A stretch of 64,000 nt of DNA from Candidatus Gottesmanbacteria bacterium GW2011_GWC1_43_10 (GCA_000995415.1 LCEX01000002.1:19232-83231); one strand, 5' to 3'. Numbered from the stretch's first letter, positions 29,245 through 40,096 are shown. Numbers and translations: made by a program. The notes: generated by a model from the letters alone, not told the origin.

Positions 29245-30653
29245 TTTTGGATCAAATATAAAATTTTTAAGTTTCCAATGTGCCAACTTTGACTTGTTTT
29301 ATAGTCTGCAAAGATTTTGGTTAGTGCCAATTCTTTTTGTGATGCAATGGTCCATTTTTCAGTATCTACTAACCACAAACTTTTCTCCCGCGGCGGAAAC
29401 AAATATTGCCCGCCAATAAATTTACGCGTTGCAAAAGACAAAGGATTGGGAGTGATTAAATAATTGGCCAGCCGGTTTTGAGTATAAAAGTCAAATGAAT
29501 AATACGTCGAAACCGAAGTATGTACCACAACCGCAGGTTGCTTGTCGATCAGTGACTTCACGAGTTGTAATTTTTCTCCAGCGAAAAAGGGATCAAAAAT
29601 TTGGATTAAGGTCACTACTATAAGAAGCAATAAAAAGACTTTGGTATAAAACGGATTCGCTAAGTCCAGACCGCGGGCGATGATCAGGAAATACAGTGGA
29701 CTAAAAATTGCAAAAGCTTTTGGCGAAAAAGCCGGGACAAAAAGTGAACCAGCTGTTAAAAGAAATAACGGAAAAACTAAGATTAACATCGGTTTGTGGG
29801 AATAGAAAAAACCTTTGACAAAAAAGACACCCGCAAAGAACACGGCGGCTACAAAAATAAGTTGGATAGATGTTGGTAGATTTGGAAACGCGCGTAATGT
29901 AACCTCGCCGATACCGCCCAAAATAGGTGACACCAAACTTGCTGGGAGCGATAGCCAAGTGGGCGGACAGGCACAAGGACTGTGCGGCGTGATTAGGGCC
30001 GCAGCCAGCCACGGAGACCAGATAAGAAAAATCAGAGATAAAAGCTGTGTCCATTTAATTGGAGTTAGTTTTTTGGGTTCGGTGAAAACCAGGATCGTTA
30101 ACGGCAAGAATACTAGTAAGATATAATATTGGGTATACAAACCCAGGATTGACCAGAGGACAAAAAAAACTAGATTTTTTCGGTTGACGGTGGTAGTCAG
30201 ATCAAAAAACGAGTGGATGATTCCGACTAAAAACAGTCCGGCCAGAGCATGGAGACGAGCTTCAGTCGCTAGATAAATTTGCAGCGGAGAAATCGCGAGC
30301 AGGATGGTAGTGACCACGGCAACTCGGTTCGGAAATAATTTTTTGCCAATCAAAAAGGTCAACCAAATAGTAGCCAGGTTAAAAACCAGAGATGGCAAAC
30401 GCAAAACCAACGGATTTTTGCTCAAAAATAGCAAAAAATGAATTAATAAATAATATAGTGGCGGATTGCTATCGGTTAAGACCGCCGGCCAGATTTGGAC
30501 AAAAGGCAATTTAGCGATTTCGTAGGTAAAAGCCTCATCAAACCAAAATGCTCGCACAGGTAAATAAAGCAGACGTAATCCCAAAGCTAGTCCTAAAATT
30601 AGAAATATAGTTATTGTTGGGAGCGAAAGTGATTTGGATAGGCGAGTTTTCAT
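29241..30653 (-). CDS. GT-C glycosyltransferase, ArnT/PMT (GT39/GT83)-like
   Basis: 470 aa and highly hydrophobic, with a classic first-loop motif RAFWFDEAFTYEIAK. Confidence 0.7.
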   Translation of the reverse strand: MKTRLSKSLSLPTITIFLILGLALGLRLLYLPVRAFWFDEAFTYEIAKLPFVQIWPAVLTDSNPPLYYLLIHFLLFLSKNPLVLRLPSLVFNLATIWLTFLIGKKLFPNRVAVVTTILLAISPLQIYLATEARLHALAGLFLVGIIHSFFDLTTTVNRKNLVFFVLWSILGLYTQYYILLVFLPLTILVFTEPKKLTPIKWTQLLSLIFLIWSPWLAAALITPHSPCACPPTWLSLPASLVSPILGGIGEVTLRAFPNLPTSIQLIFVAAVFFAGVFFVKGFFYSHKPMLILVFPLFLLTAGSLFVPAFSPKAFAIFSPLYFLIIARGLDLANPFYTKVFLLLLIVVTLIQIFDPFFAGEKLQLVKSLIDKQPAVVVHTSVSTYYSFDFYTQNRLANYLITPNPLSFATRKFIGGQYLFPPREKSLWLVDTEKWTIASQKELALTKIFADYKTSQSWHIGNLKILYLIQK

Positions 30654-31414
30654 TTTTTGGTAATCACAAAATGACAGCTGGGTAGATTTTTTAATTCTGG
30701 TAAAAATTTAACAACTCGTCCATAATTAACCGGCAAAGTCCATACTCCTTTAAAAATGATTTTAAGTTGGGCTTGGATCAGTAGGTTTTCCAATCTTTTC
30801 CAGGTCAGCGGTTGTTCGATTGGCTGCTGTTGTAAACTAATGATGTGGGTGAGTAGGTTGTAAACGATTTGAATAGCGGGAAAAGAGGGCAGTTTGTGAA
30901 CTGTTAATATTTGGATTTTTGACACGCGGGCCATTTCCGATATCGCGAGTTCTGGATCGGCAAAATGTTCCAGACTACCGGCACAAATTGCTAGATCAAA
31001 AGCATCGTCAACAAATGGTAGATGCGCCGCGTCTGCCTGGACTAAAAACTTGGCGCCGCGGTTTTTACTTTTACGTAAAGCATTATAAGCAAATTCGACG
31101 CCGACTGTTTCCGAAACCCGACTCTCCAATTCGCCGTCGCCGGAAGCCACGTCGATGGTAGTGTTGCCGCGTGCAAAACAGGCTAAGACCTCATAAACCC
31201 CATCCGTCGGCACAGCGAATTTCCGGCGGTGTAACTTTTCGTAAAGTCGGCGTGAGGTTTCGGAAACAGGATGGGGATTGTAAAGCAACTTCCAGACACC
31301 TTGTTTGCAACTAAACCCAAAGTCGCAGACAGCACAGTGTTTACGAGTAAGTTTCAGTTTGGTTTTACATCTAGGGCAAGCAAGGGAATCCAGAAATTGA
31401 GTTTGCGTCAGCAT
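30650..31414 (-). CDS. SAM-methyltransferase with N-terminal Trm112-like zinc ribbon
   Basis: CPRCKTKL...CAVCDF ribbon, then IDVASGDGEL and a methyltransferase-type-11 core. Confidence 0.7.
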   Translation of the reverse strand: MLTQTQFLDSLACPRCKTKLKLTRKHCAVCDFGFSCKQGVWKLLYNPHPVSETSRRLYEKLHRRKFAVPTDGVYEVLACFARGNTTIDVASGDGELESRVSETVGVEFAYNALRKSKNRGAKFLVQADAAHLPFVDDAFDLAICAGSLEHFADPELAISEMARVSKIQILTVHKLPSFPAIQIVYNLLTHIISLQQQPIEQPLTWKRLENLLIQAQLKIIFKGVWTLPVNYGRVVKFLPELKNLPSCHFVITKK

Positions 31415-32292
31415 AAGTGTTTGCGGGCGATAAAAGTCTCATCAAGATGTTGTAAGTTCCACCAGGCACCTTTAAGCAGTGGAATAAATCTGCCATCGCC
31501 TAAAAAAAGTCGCAGCGGTACGATGAGTAAAAATTGGATTAAAAAGATACTTAAGACATTTACCCACGGTAAATTTTTTAAGACAAAACGAAACTTGTTT
31601 TTGTACCATTGATAATATTTTTCCGGTAAATTTTTGTTCATTGTTTTGGTGACTCCGTGCCAAAAGATGGCTTGAGGTAGATAGACGATTTGTAAACCGC
31701 TTTTTTTGATTCTTAATGCTAAGTCATAATCTTCAAAATAAATCAGCGAAAACCCCGGATCCAACAAACCTGCTTGCGTCAAAGCCTTTCGCGAAGTCAG
31801 TAAAGCACAACCTTGTAACCAGTCCGGCGATTTGACAAGCTCCGGGTTTGGAGCCGAATAAATATGTCCGGTCCAACGGTTCATCATAAACCCGGCGGTC
31901 GAAAGTTTTGCGTGTTGATCCTTACTAAAAATCTTACCCCCAATCAACCCCACTCGCGGATGGTTGACTAGATAGCGCACCAATATTTGAAGTGAGTTGT
32001 TTTCAAACATCAAGTCATCGTTGCCGATGAAAATATATTCACCTTTGGCTTGAGCGATACCCAAATTGACAGCTTTAGCAAAACCTAAATTGACTGAATT
32101 TAAAATCAGTTTTACGTGGGGATATTTGCGTTTGATCAAAAGAGGTGAACCATCTGCAGAATGATTATCTACGACAATAACTTCCAATTTTGTTTTGGGA
32201 TAGTTAAGCCGAGCAATCGAAGATAGGCAAGCTAATGGTTCATTGCCACCATTAGCATTGGGAAAAATGATAGAAATAGTTGGTTCGCTCAT
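31408..32292 (-). CDS. GT2 family glycosyltransferase
   Basis: ISIIFPNANGG...VIVVDNHSADGS...IGNDD. Confidence 0.8.
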   Translation of the reverse strand: MSEPTISIIFPNANGGNEPLACLSSIARLNYPKTKLEVIVVDNHSADGSPLLIKRKYPHVKLILNSVNLGFAKAVNLGIAQAKGEYIFIGNDDLMFENNSLQILVRYLVNHPRVGLIGGKIFSKDQHAKLSTAGFMMNRWTGHIYSAPNPELVKSPDWLQGCALLTSRKALTQAGLLDPGFSLIYFEDYDLALRIKKSGLQIVYLPQAIFWHGVTKTMNKNLPEKYYQWYKNKFRFVLKNLPWVNVLSIFLIQFLLIVPLRLFLGDGRFIPLLKGAWWNLQHLDETFIARKHLC

Positions 32293-32307
32293 TTATCATC
32301 TATTAAG

Positions 32308-33126
32308 TTATGTCAGTTTATCATTTAATCTGATAAGTTGAAAAAAAGCAAACTCAATAAACTTGGTTATGATCAATACTGCTGCTGCCAGCGGATCAGC
32401 CAGCAACATTGGAAATTTTCTAGCCATGAGTTTCAGTCGAAACCAACCGCTTTGGTGTAAAAACTGTTGCGGATGGTATCTGGCATACACCTGAATATGT
32501 TTGGCATAATAAAATTTGTGTTTAAGCTCGCGCCAGAATGAAGTTTCGTAGTGATAAAGCGAAGTACGAGTTCGGCCAATGTTGCCGATTCGACTTACCC
32601 GTTGGGATAAATCCCAATCTTCACCCGCGACTAGATTTTCTCTAAACCCGCCGACTTTGAGAAAGACAGACTTTTTAATAAATCTGGCTGCTTCAATAAC
32701 TGGCTCGTTTAGATAAAGTTGTTTCTCGAGTTTTTTGACTCTAGTAAACCAGCCTTTTCCTTTGACAGTTTCTGGGATGATCACCGCGTCAGCGAGGTTG
32801 GTTTGAATAGCTTTAACGCAGTCAGCGATGACTGTTGATGGTAGTTCCATGTCAGCATCCAAGAGCAAAAGATGGCGACCTCGGGATTTAAGTACACCAA
32901 AATTTCTTTGTTTACTGCGTTCGCCGGAGTAAGAAAAAACCTGCACCGGAAATTTTTTGACTATTTCCAATGTGGTGTCGGTGGAATAATTGTCGACAAT
33001 AATGATCTCCAAACTGGTAAAAGTTTGCTTAAGCAAACTTTTGAGTAGACGTTGGATATTCATTGCTTCATTTTTGGTTGCAATCACGACTGACACCAGC
33101 GGAGATGAAACACTTTTCTTAACCAT
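32308..33126 (-). CDS. GT2 family glycosyltransferase (polyprenyl-phosphate sugar synthase-like)
   Basis: VSVVIATKNEAMNI...IIIVDNYSTDTT...LDADME. Confidence 0.85.
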   Translation of the reverse strand: MVKKSVSSPLVSVVIATKNEAMNIQRLLKSLLKQTFTSLEIIIVDNYSTDTTLEIVKKFPVQVFSYSGERSKQRNFGVLKSRGRHLLLLDADMELPSTVIADCVKAIQTNLADAVIIPETVKGKGWFTRVKKLEKQLYLNEPVIEAARFIKKSVFLKVGGFRENLVAGEDWDLSQRVSRIGNIGRTRTSLYHYETSFWRELKHKFYYAKHIQVYARYHPQQFLHQSGWFRLKLMARKFPMLLADPLAAAVLIITKFIEFAFFQLIRLNDKLT

Positions 33127-34138
33127 ACAATTTTCGATTTAAGTCCTTTGTCAAAAGTTGCCAGATCCCGTTAGTCTGCATATAACTGTTTTGACAAATG
33201 AGACAAGTGAGTCGGCGATTTATCTTGGTTAATTTGCTGTGACAATTTGGACATTGGAATATCCTTTTTGGTTCGGTTTTTTGAACTCCCGAATTTTTAC
33301 GAAGTAGACCACTGATACCACCGCCAAACAGAGTTAAGCTAAATTTGCTGGTAAAAGGAAGTTCCAACTTCGATTTAAACTGAGCATTGGTTAAATGCAG
33401 ATGGCGGCCTACTAAAAATGGACTAATGGTGATTGTGCCATCAACAAATTCCCGAGTCAATTTTTGCCATAAGTTTAAACTGAATGCTTCTTCAGCGATG
33501 CCATAGTCGACTTCGCTTTTGCCGATTTCGGAGATAAATGGTAAAAGTAAGGAATATTTGAGCAACTTATTCCATCCGCTGGCCTTTGTAGGTCGGCGAA
33601 ACAGCCTCAGGTTAAATGTCTGTCTTACCGGTTCTTCGCTAAAAAAGAACCAGCCACCGGGTTTTAATACGCGCCAGATCTCTTTAACCACTGGTAAGGG
33701 ATCTGGAAAATGATGTAGAGTTTGATAACAAAAAACAAAAGCAAATGTTTGGTTGGAGAATGGGAGTTCATGGGCATCGGCCACAATCCGGATGGGGAAT
33801 TTAGTAAAACCAAATTGTTTGGCGAAATGCGGCATTGCTTCCAAAGGTGCCCGGGCCAAATCCAAAGCAAAACCCCGCCCGTCAAAAGCTGTTTCCAAAA
33901 GACAGGAACGCAATCCGTATTCCGCACCTATTTCCAGATATGGCTGTAAATTTATATTCTGATTTCGCAACTTACGAAAATCAGTTCGCGTCGATTTGAT
34001 GCGCTTTTTAAGCTCCGCTAGCATTTCTGTGGGCGTATACTCCTCCCGAAAGTGTTTTTCTAGACCCAGATGTTGTTGAGTGATTAAATGACGAAAGTTG
34101 ACTTCGCCCAGTTTTTGGATCAAGGTTTGTTTGGTCAT
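33119..34138 (-). CDS. SAM-methyltransferase with C-terminal zinc ribbon
   Basis: Methyltransferase-type-11 core (RVLKPGGWFFFSE) plus C-terminal CPNCHSKL...CLICQNSY. Confidence 0.7.
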   Translation of the reverse strand: MTKQTLIQKLGEVNFRHLITQQHLGLEKHFREEYTPTEMLAELKKRIKSTRTDFRKLRNQNINLQPYLEIGAEYGLRSCLLETAFDGRGFALDLARAPLEAMPHFAKQFGFTKFPIRIVADAHELPFSNQTFAFVFCYQTLHHFPDPLPVVKEIWRVLKPGGWFFFSEEPVRQTFNLRLFRRPTKASGWNKLLKYSLLLPFISEIGKSEVDYGIAEEAFSLNLWQKLTREFVDGTITISPFLVGRHLHLTNAQFKSKLELPFTSKFSLTLFGGGISGLLRKNSGVQKTEPKRIFQCPNCHSKLTKINRRLTCLICQNSYMQTNGIWQLLTKDLNRKLYG

Positions 34139-34139
34139 A

Positions 34140-36869
34140 TTAATAATTTAAATGCTCGTCGGTTTGTAAAGTTGAGATGCGCTTAGATGCCAATTTGGAT
34201 AAAGGTAAAGAGATGAAACTAGATAAATTATGCGTTAGTTTTGGAAAAAGAATCAGCACAGAAATAACTACCAAAGACAGCAAATTTATATAAAACCAAA
34301 TCCAGTTCCCGAATCCTCCGGTAAATTCCAATTGCAAGTGTATCTGATTTGGAGTTTGGGGAATAGGGATATACATGAAATTTAAACCGGCCTCAAACAC
34401 TGGTGCTGCCGTATCATTTATTTTAGCTTGCCATCCTGGATGGAAATTTTCTTTAAAGTAAACTCCATTGAATTTTTTTCCTGTTATTTCGATCTTTTCA
34501 CTATTGTAGCGGATGACTTGGGCTTGAGGATACAAATTGGGAATGATCACGAGAGTTTCTAAAATGTTTGCAAACAGACTGGTTTCCTCTTGATTTAAAT
34601 ACTCTACAAGATGAAACGGTAAATTCAATCCACTCACAAATAGTCGACCCTTTTCAATTGGCGCATCCACCAAGACCGGTTCCTCATCCTGCCTAAGCAG
34701 TACTGTAGTGTTGGCATTCGACTTGCTTGGATCGAAAGTAGAATATTTCCAGGGCTGGTTTTGGTAAAGGAGCGGCGAAAATTGCTGGGGATCAATTTGC
34801 TTGACTAATTTGGAGTCAGGGTCAATTTGGAGATTCCAGGCAGAAGCACTTTTTTCTTTAACTCGAGCTAATGGCAAGTCGCTTGGGAACTTGTGTGATA
34901 AATTTGGGTTGGACCCGAGTTCAAGAAAAACCTTACCGCCACTTTTAAGATAAGGGACCAATAGTTTTAAATCGCCTTGAAAACGATATAAAAATAAAGA
35001 GGGGAATGTGGCAAGTATGGTTGGCGATAGTTTGCTAAGAGAAGTCGGGCCCTTTACAGGAATAAGTTTACTGGAATTCAGGTTTGTCAATGCCAGCGCC
35101 CGGATAAAAGTCGAGTAACCAGAATCATCACCAATAAACAAGATCGGCAAAGCTGTGGTCGGTTCGATGATAGGTGAAGTAAACTGCGGTTTTAGTTGAC
35201 TGATACGATTAGAATATTTTGCATAAAGCTCTTCCTTCTGCAAGTCAGTATGGTATTTATCGTTCACTACAAAACCTATGCCAAAAGCATCGAATAAAAA
35301 CCGGGCCCGGTTTTCGATGAGTTGGGGTGGGACATTTTGGTTGGCATCAACACTTAAGGCGGTTTGCAAATAATAAGTCCAGTCACTTGATTTGGCGTTG
35401 AAGCCACTGGTATATCCCCGTGTGACTGGGATATCACTTATCAGGTTCCACCAGTGGGTGAGAGTGGCGTCATTTGAGTCAAGTCGGTATTGCGGGTTTT
35501 CTGGTGTCAACCAGGCTGGTAATTGCTCGTTTTTATAACTTATATCCCGATATTCGGGCAAGATAATTTTATGGATATAATTAGGAGCAGCATTGGGTGG
35601 ATCTGTCAAAAATTTAGGTATCAGGCTGGCGCTGGTTAGGGAGTTGACTTGCCAGGGCAAAACAAACGGCAAGATAGAAATAAAAGCTGTAGACATCAGC
35701 CACCCGAAGTAGCGATTGGCCCGGGTAAGGAGTTTGAAATTCTGAGCTGCAAGTGTTAGTAGTAGCACCAAAACTGCCCAGAACATCCGGCGGGGAAACA
35801 AGGAATTTGCCAGCGAATTTAAAAGATGTAAATAAGCCCCAAACGGATAAAGTAAAAGCACAACGGATGCAAATAAAAGTGGCATGGTGGAACGAATGCT
35901 TAATGATCGTTTGAAGATACGATAAACTAATTTTGCTCCCAAAACAAAAAGCAAACTAAGTCCTGAGACAATAAACGGTAACCAACCTAGCCACCGCTCC
36001 AAATGGAAAGGATATATGCCCCAACACTGCGAATTATCACATGTTGTAGCAATTTCACTAAAGGACATCTGATTAAAAAATGGCCAGAGACCTAAAGTTC
36101 CGCTGGCGCTGGTAGTAAAAATGAAGATTAATATTTCGGATACCCGATGGGCGATTCGACTGGTAGAAACAATCAAACTTCTGGTAACTAAAACTACGCT
36201 TACCGGTAGTATCACAAATAATAAACTCATTGCCGGATGGTGAATCAGACTTAGACCGCAAATTACTGAGGAAATAAGTAAGTTACGGTATGATTTTGGC
36301 AGGTCAAAATGGCGATATAAAAATAAAAGTGACAGTGGTAAATAAAACTGCATGGATGAGCCGGTGATCATCCCGCCGGAAGTAAGTTGGTAATACACTG
36401 CTTGTGATGTCAAGCCAATGAGCGTCAGTCCGAGCGCAACAAAATAATTTTTACTGATTTGTAAGTAGAGTAAATATGAAAAAAGATGGAACAGTAAAAT
36501 AGCAATTACCGAATACCAATTCAGCGCTTGAAGTGGAGTCGCGAAAAAAAGCAATGGTGCCATGAGATAAAAAGTCAGCCACTGATAGCCCCCGATGAGG
36601 GGACCGCCCCCGTTCCAAAAAGCCAGCCAGCCTGAAGGAGGTAGTGGCAGGTGCTGGGCAAAATACTTAGCATAGGTAAGTCCGGTATAGTAATCACCCC
36701 CGATGGGTGAAGGTAAATGTAAGTACCAATTTGCCAAAATTTGCCACCACAAATAAGTAATCAAACCGAGTGAAATAAATAGTATAATTAGAGACAGAAA
36801 TGGCAACAGAATTTTTTTTAAGTTGAGATTTGACAGATCCATAACCTTGGCAGCCAAAGAACTAATCAC
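34140..36869 (-). CDS. Large polytopic membrane protein, paralog 3 of the ~950-aa family
   Basis: 909 aa with the same architecture. The conserved post-TM block YRLDSNDATLTHWWNLISDIPVTRGY matches the 17365 and 20278 paralogs, and there is a C-terminal TM. Confidence 0.55.
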   Translation of the reverse strand: MISSLAAKVMDLSNLNLKKILLPFLSLIILFISLGLITYLWWQILANWYLHLPSPIGGDYYTGLTYAKYFAQHLPLPPSGWLAFWNGGGPLIGGYQWLTFYLMAPLLFFATPLQALNWYSVIAILLFHLFSYLLYLQISKNYFVALGLTLIGLTSQAVYYQLTSGGMITGSSMQFYLPLSLLFLYRHFDLPKSYRNLLISSVICGLSLIHHPAMSLLFVILPVSVVLVTRSLIVSTSRIAHRVSEILIFIFTTSASGTLGLWPFFNQMSFSEIATTCDNSQCWGIYPFHLERWLGWLPFIVSGLSLLFVLGAKLVYRIFKRSLSIRSTMPLLFASVVLLLYPFGAYLHLLNSLANSLFPRRMFWAVLVLLLTLAAQNFKLLTRANRYFGWLMSTAFISILPFVLPWQVNSLTSASLIPKFLTDPPNAAPNYIHKIILPEYRDISYKNEQLPAWLTPENPQYRLDSNDATLTHWWNLISDIPVTRGYTSGFNAKSSDWTYYLQTALSVDANQNVPPQLIENRARFLFDAFGIGFVVNDKYHTDLQKEELYAKYSNRISQLKPQFTSPIIEPTTALPILFIGDDSGYSTFIRALALTNLNSSKLIPVKGPTSLSKLSPTILATFPSLFLYRFQGDLKLLVPYLKSGGKVFLELGSNPNLSHKFPSDLPLARVKEKSASAWNLQIDPDSKLVKQIDPQQFSPLLYQNQPWKYSTFDPSKSNANTTVLLRQDEEPVLVDAPIEKGRLFVSGLNLPFHLVEYLNQEETSLFANILETLVIIPNLYPQAQVIRYNSEKIEITGKKFNGVYFKENFHPGWQAKINDTAAPVFEAGLNFMYIPIPQTPNQIHLQLEFTGGFGNWIWFYINLLSLVVISVLILFPKLTHNLSSFISLPLSKLASKRISTLQTDEHLNY

Positions 36870-37791
36870 TGCTTAAAGGGTGATTAACCATATGTCGTAA
36901 ATCGGTAATTAAGCTGGTTGGAGTAAATCTTAACATCTGTTTGACTTTCCCCGTAGACAAAGTCGTATCCAGCGGACGCGGAAAGAAATTTTTGAAGTAG
37001 TTACCGGTAACAGGGACCAGAATGGGAGGATTTTTGATGTCAAAAGCTGAAATCAAATTTTGGACGAAAGAATAGCGACTGACGCGATCCTGGCCTCCGA
37101 CGTGAAAGATACAGGAAGTTTTCATTTTTATTACTTTATCAATTATCTGAGCCGCTCTTAAGGCATATATCGGATTGTAAAAGCGGTCGTTAACCAGATA
37201 TATTTTTTTTGTGTTTTGTAACCTTTGCAGGTAAAAAATAGCGTCATTTTCTCTAGCGCCGTCAGGTGGCCAGCCAAACATAGTTGCAAATCTGATGATG
37301 GTGGCTGATAGTGATTTAGTTTTGAGAATGATTTTTTCCGCTGACAACTTGGTTTTGCCATAAATACTTACAGGGTGGGGTAAAGATGTTTCCCGATAGG
37401 GTGCGTTTTGACCGGAGAAGACCTGTGAAGAAGAGGTAAAAATGAGTTGAGTCGGCGAATGACTCAAAATCTGACATAGATGAGATGTAGCATCAATATT
37501 GATGATTCTGGTTTCTTTGGGATGAGTTTGACAGTACTCGATATTGGATACTGCTGCAAGATGAATGACGACGTCAGGACAGGTATCAGATATTGTTTTT
37601 TCGACTTGGGAAAGATTTGTGACGTCGAGGCTTAAATAACGGATTTGCGGGTGTGATGAAATCACCGGTTGAGGAACTCGGTGGAAGGCAAGAAAAAGTT
37701 GAAAACGGTCTGACAATTGTTGTATCAGGTATCGGCCCAAAAGTGAAACAGCTCCGGTGATCAAAATCTTGGTATGAGTTGGCTTACGCAT
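36862..37791 (-). CDS. NAD(P)-dependent sugar reductase/epimerase, RmlD-like (dTDP-4-dehydrorhamnose reductase family)
   Basis: ILITGAVSLLGRYL Rossmann fold and catalytic YGKTK (YxxxK); length 309 aa. Confidence 0.7.
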   Translation of the reverse strand: MRKPTHTKILITGAVSLLGRYLIQQLSDRFQLFLAFHRVPQPVISSHPQIRYLSLDVTNLSQVEKTISDTCPDVVIHLAAVSNIEYCQTHPKETRIINIDATSHLCQILSHSPTQLIFTSSSQVFSGQNAPYRETSLPHPVSIYGKTKLSAEKIILKTKSLSATIIRFATMFGWPPDGARENDAIFYLQRLQNTKKIYLVNDRFYNPIYALRAAQIIDKVIKMKTSCIFHVGGQDRVSRYSFVQNLISAFDIKNPPILVPVTGNYFKNFFPRPLDTTLSTGKVKQMLRFTPTSLITDLRHMVNHPLSSD

Positions 37792-37878
37792 GCTGGCCTA
37801 TTCTAATCTTTTTTGTAATATTTCGCACGAGGCGTTTGTCACATTAAGCCGAAAAAATGTATATAATGCGGTTCTATT

Positions 37879-39003
37879 ATGAAACTTCAGGTGTTGTTGA
37901 TTTCGCCTACCGATCCCAACCATCCGGTTGAATACAAATATCTTACCGGGGGCGAAAATACTTATACTCAAACTTTACTTCACTTTCCGCCAGACGGCAT
38001 CGAATTTACCTATTTTACTCAAGCGTTGAAACTGGGTTGGATCAGTTATCATCCGTTGTACCATTTCCTATTATTTTTGCAAAAAATTAAGCTGTTACCT
38101 CCCGGGCCACGAACATATGTGTTTAAAGTCCGTAAACATTTTGACCTGGTTTATGCCCACGCGCACCCAATAAAAATTGTGGGGGAAAAAGTACCGGTAG
38201 TGGTTTCTGATAGTTCTTCAAATATCATTTTCCTAACCGAGTATCTCAAACTTTCTTCTTTGGTGATTAAACTCTGGTATATATGCAAAAGATTTGTCTT
38301 TGGAGGTTTCGGTATCATTGATTGCGAAGTAAATTTACGGGGGGCACAAGGATTTTTTGTTTTTTCAAAATGGGCTCGCCACATCAAAAAAGAAAAATTT
38401 GATCTGTCAAATGTTGAAGTCATTTATCCAGGATTGGCGCAGCCAAGAAAAAAACCAGCGGGCCATAAAAGAAAAATAGACATAAAGTTTTTATTTGTCG
38501 GAGTCTGGTTTGAACGAAAAGGCGGACGCATATTGCTTAAAGTTTTTCGAAACTTAAGTAAAACCTATACCAATATATCCCTGACCATTTTAGGCGAGTT
38601 ACCACCGGATATAAAGATAGGAAAGACAGAACCAATCACACACAAAGATTTTGTTTCTCACTCCAAATTACAGTACTATTTTGCAACTCATGATGTTTTG
38701 GTACACGTGCCGATAGAGGTTGAAGGATACGGCATGACAGTGGTCGAAGCAATGGCAAATAGTATGTGTGTGGTGGTCTCTGATGTTTGCGCTTTACCGG
38801 AGTTGGTAGAAGACGGTGACAGCGGTTTGGTAGTCAAAGCCAATTCAGAGGTAGATTTGGAAAAAAAATTAATGAGGCTTATTAAGTCTAGTCAACTGCG
38901 GTTAAATTTAGGTCGAACTGCCAGAAGAAGGTTTCAAGCAAAATTTGCCTTACGAGTGTTCCAACAGGAGTTGAGAAGTATATTTGTGAAAGCTATTAAA
39001 TAA
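37879..39003 (+). CDS. GT4 (group 1) glycosyltransferase
   Basis: E-x7-E region GYGMTVVEAMANSMCVVVSDVCALPELVEDG. Confidence 0.8.
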   Translation: MKLQVLLISPTDPNHPVEYKYLTGGENTYTQTLLHFPPDGIEFTYFTQALKLGWISYHPLYHFLLFLQKIKLLPPGPRTYVFKVRKHFDLVYAHAHPIKIVGEKVPVVVSDSSSNIIFLTEYLKLSSLVIKLWYICKRFVFGGFGIIDCEVNLRGAQGFFVFSKWARHIKKEKFDLSNVEVIYPGLAQPRKKPAGHKRKIDIKFLFVGVWFERKGGRILLKVFRNLSKTYTNISLTILGELPPDIKIGKTEPITHKDFVSHSKLQYYFATHDVLVHVPIEVEGYGMTVVEAMANSMCVVVSDVCALPELVEDGDSGLVVKANSEVDLEKKLMRLIKSSQLRLNLGRTARRRFQAKFALRVFQQELRSIFVKAIK

Positions 39004-40096
39004 TTTTGTTTAGCAGCTGCTCCAGTTTTCGCGTTTGCGTAAGCCAGGAGGGAAATTTATTCACCATGATTTGAGCTCTGTTTCCCAATTTTAACCTGAG
39101 TCGGCGATGTTGCAACAGACTGGTTAACTCATGAGCCAAAGCGTTGGCAGTTTCCTCTGCCACAACAATTCCGGTAGTTTTATCTTTGACGAGTTCTTTA
39201 AGACCATTGACCCGAAAACATACGGTGGGAGTTTGTTGGCTGGCAGCTTCAAGCACGGTTAAGCCAAAACCTTCTTTGAGAGAGGGGTGAACCAAGATCC
39301 ACGCATATCTCAGTAATTTAAATTTTCCTTTCTCGGACACTTGATGGAGAAATCTGACTCTATTTATCAGACCAAGTTTTCTAGTTAATTGATTTAAGTG
39401 GTTGATATAGTGGGTTTTACCCCGGCCGACAATAATAACTTTGAGGCTACGAAACTGTGTTTTGAGTATTTGACATACCTCGAGCAATAATTCCAAGCGT
39501 TTTATCGGTGCCAATCGACCTACATATATAAGTGTTGGCTGTTGGGATTTGGGTAGGCGAACTAATGTCGGTGGGTTGATCGTCAAAGGTAAGATAGAAA
39601 TATTGATTTCCGGTATGCCTTTTTTGATAAGTTCTGAAGCGGTTGAATTGGCATCGGTCAAAAAATGGAGATGACGATAAAAATAAAAATAGATTTTTTC
39701 GCTCATGTATCCGATTGTAGCCAAAGGAAAAGAAAAATCAGCAAACCAGATTTCACCGGCAACTTCGTGGATAAAAGCCAGAATTGGTTTTTGGATATAA
39801 AGCGGAGTAAAAAAAGGCAGGCCGTGGATCTCATCAATCACAATATCAACTTGATCGCGTAAATGAGACAAGTAAAAAATACAGGCATGTAGTTGGATCG
39901 TATATAGATTTCCCAGGCGGATCACTTTTACGCCCGCGATGGTTTCGCGTTTAGCTAAACCGGGGGAGAGACTTGAAATTTGGAAAACCTGATGCCCCAG
40001 TTTGACTAAATGCTTGGCATATTCATGAGTAGCAATTTCCGCTCCACCTGCTAATGGATGTCGTAGGTCTTTCCAATTTAGGATAAGAATCCGCAT
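38996..40096 (-). CDS. GT4 (group 1) glycosyltransferase
   Basis: MRILILNWKDLRHPLAGGAE N-terminus and GFGLTVLEAASQQTPTVCF. Internal ATG at 40096 chosen because the track extension overlaps the upstream GT2. Confidence 0.8.
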   Translation of the reverse strand: MRILILNWKDLRHPLAGGAEIATHEYAKHLVKLGHQVFQISSLSPGLAKRETIAGVKVIRLGNLYTIQLHACIFYLSHLRDQVDIVIDEIHGLPFFTPLYIQKPILAFIHEVAGEIWFADFSFPLATIGYMSEKIYFYFYRHLHFLTDANSTASELIKKGIPEINISILPLTINPPTLVRLPKSQQPTLIYVGRLAPIKRLELLLEVCQILKTQFRSLKVIIVGRGKTHYINHLNQLTRKLGLINRVRFLHQVSEKGKFKLLRYAWILVHPSLKEGFGLTVLEAASQQTPTVCFRVNGLKELVKDKTTGIVVAEETANALAHELTSLLQHRRLRLKLGNRAQIMVNKFPSWLTQTRKLEQLLNKII

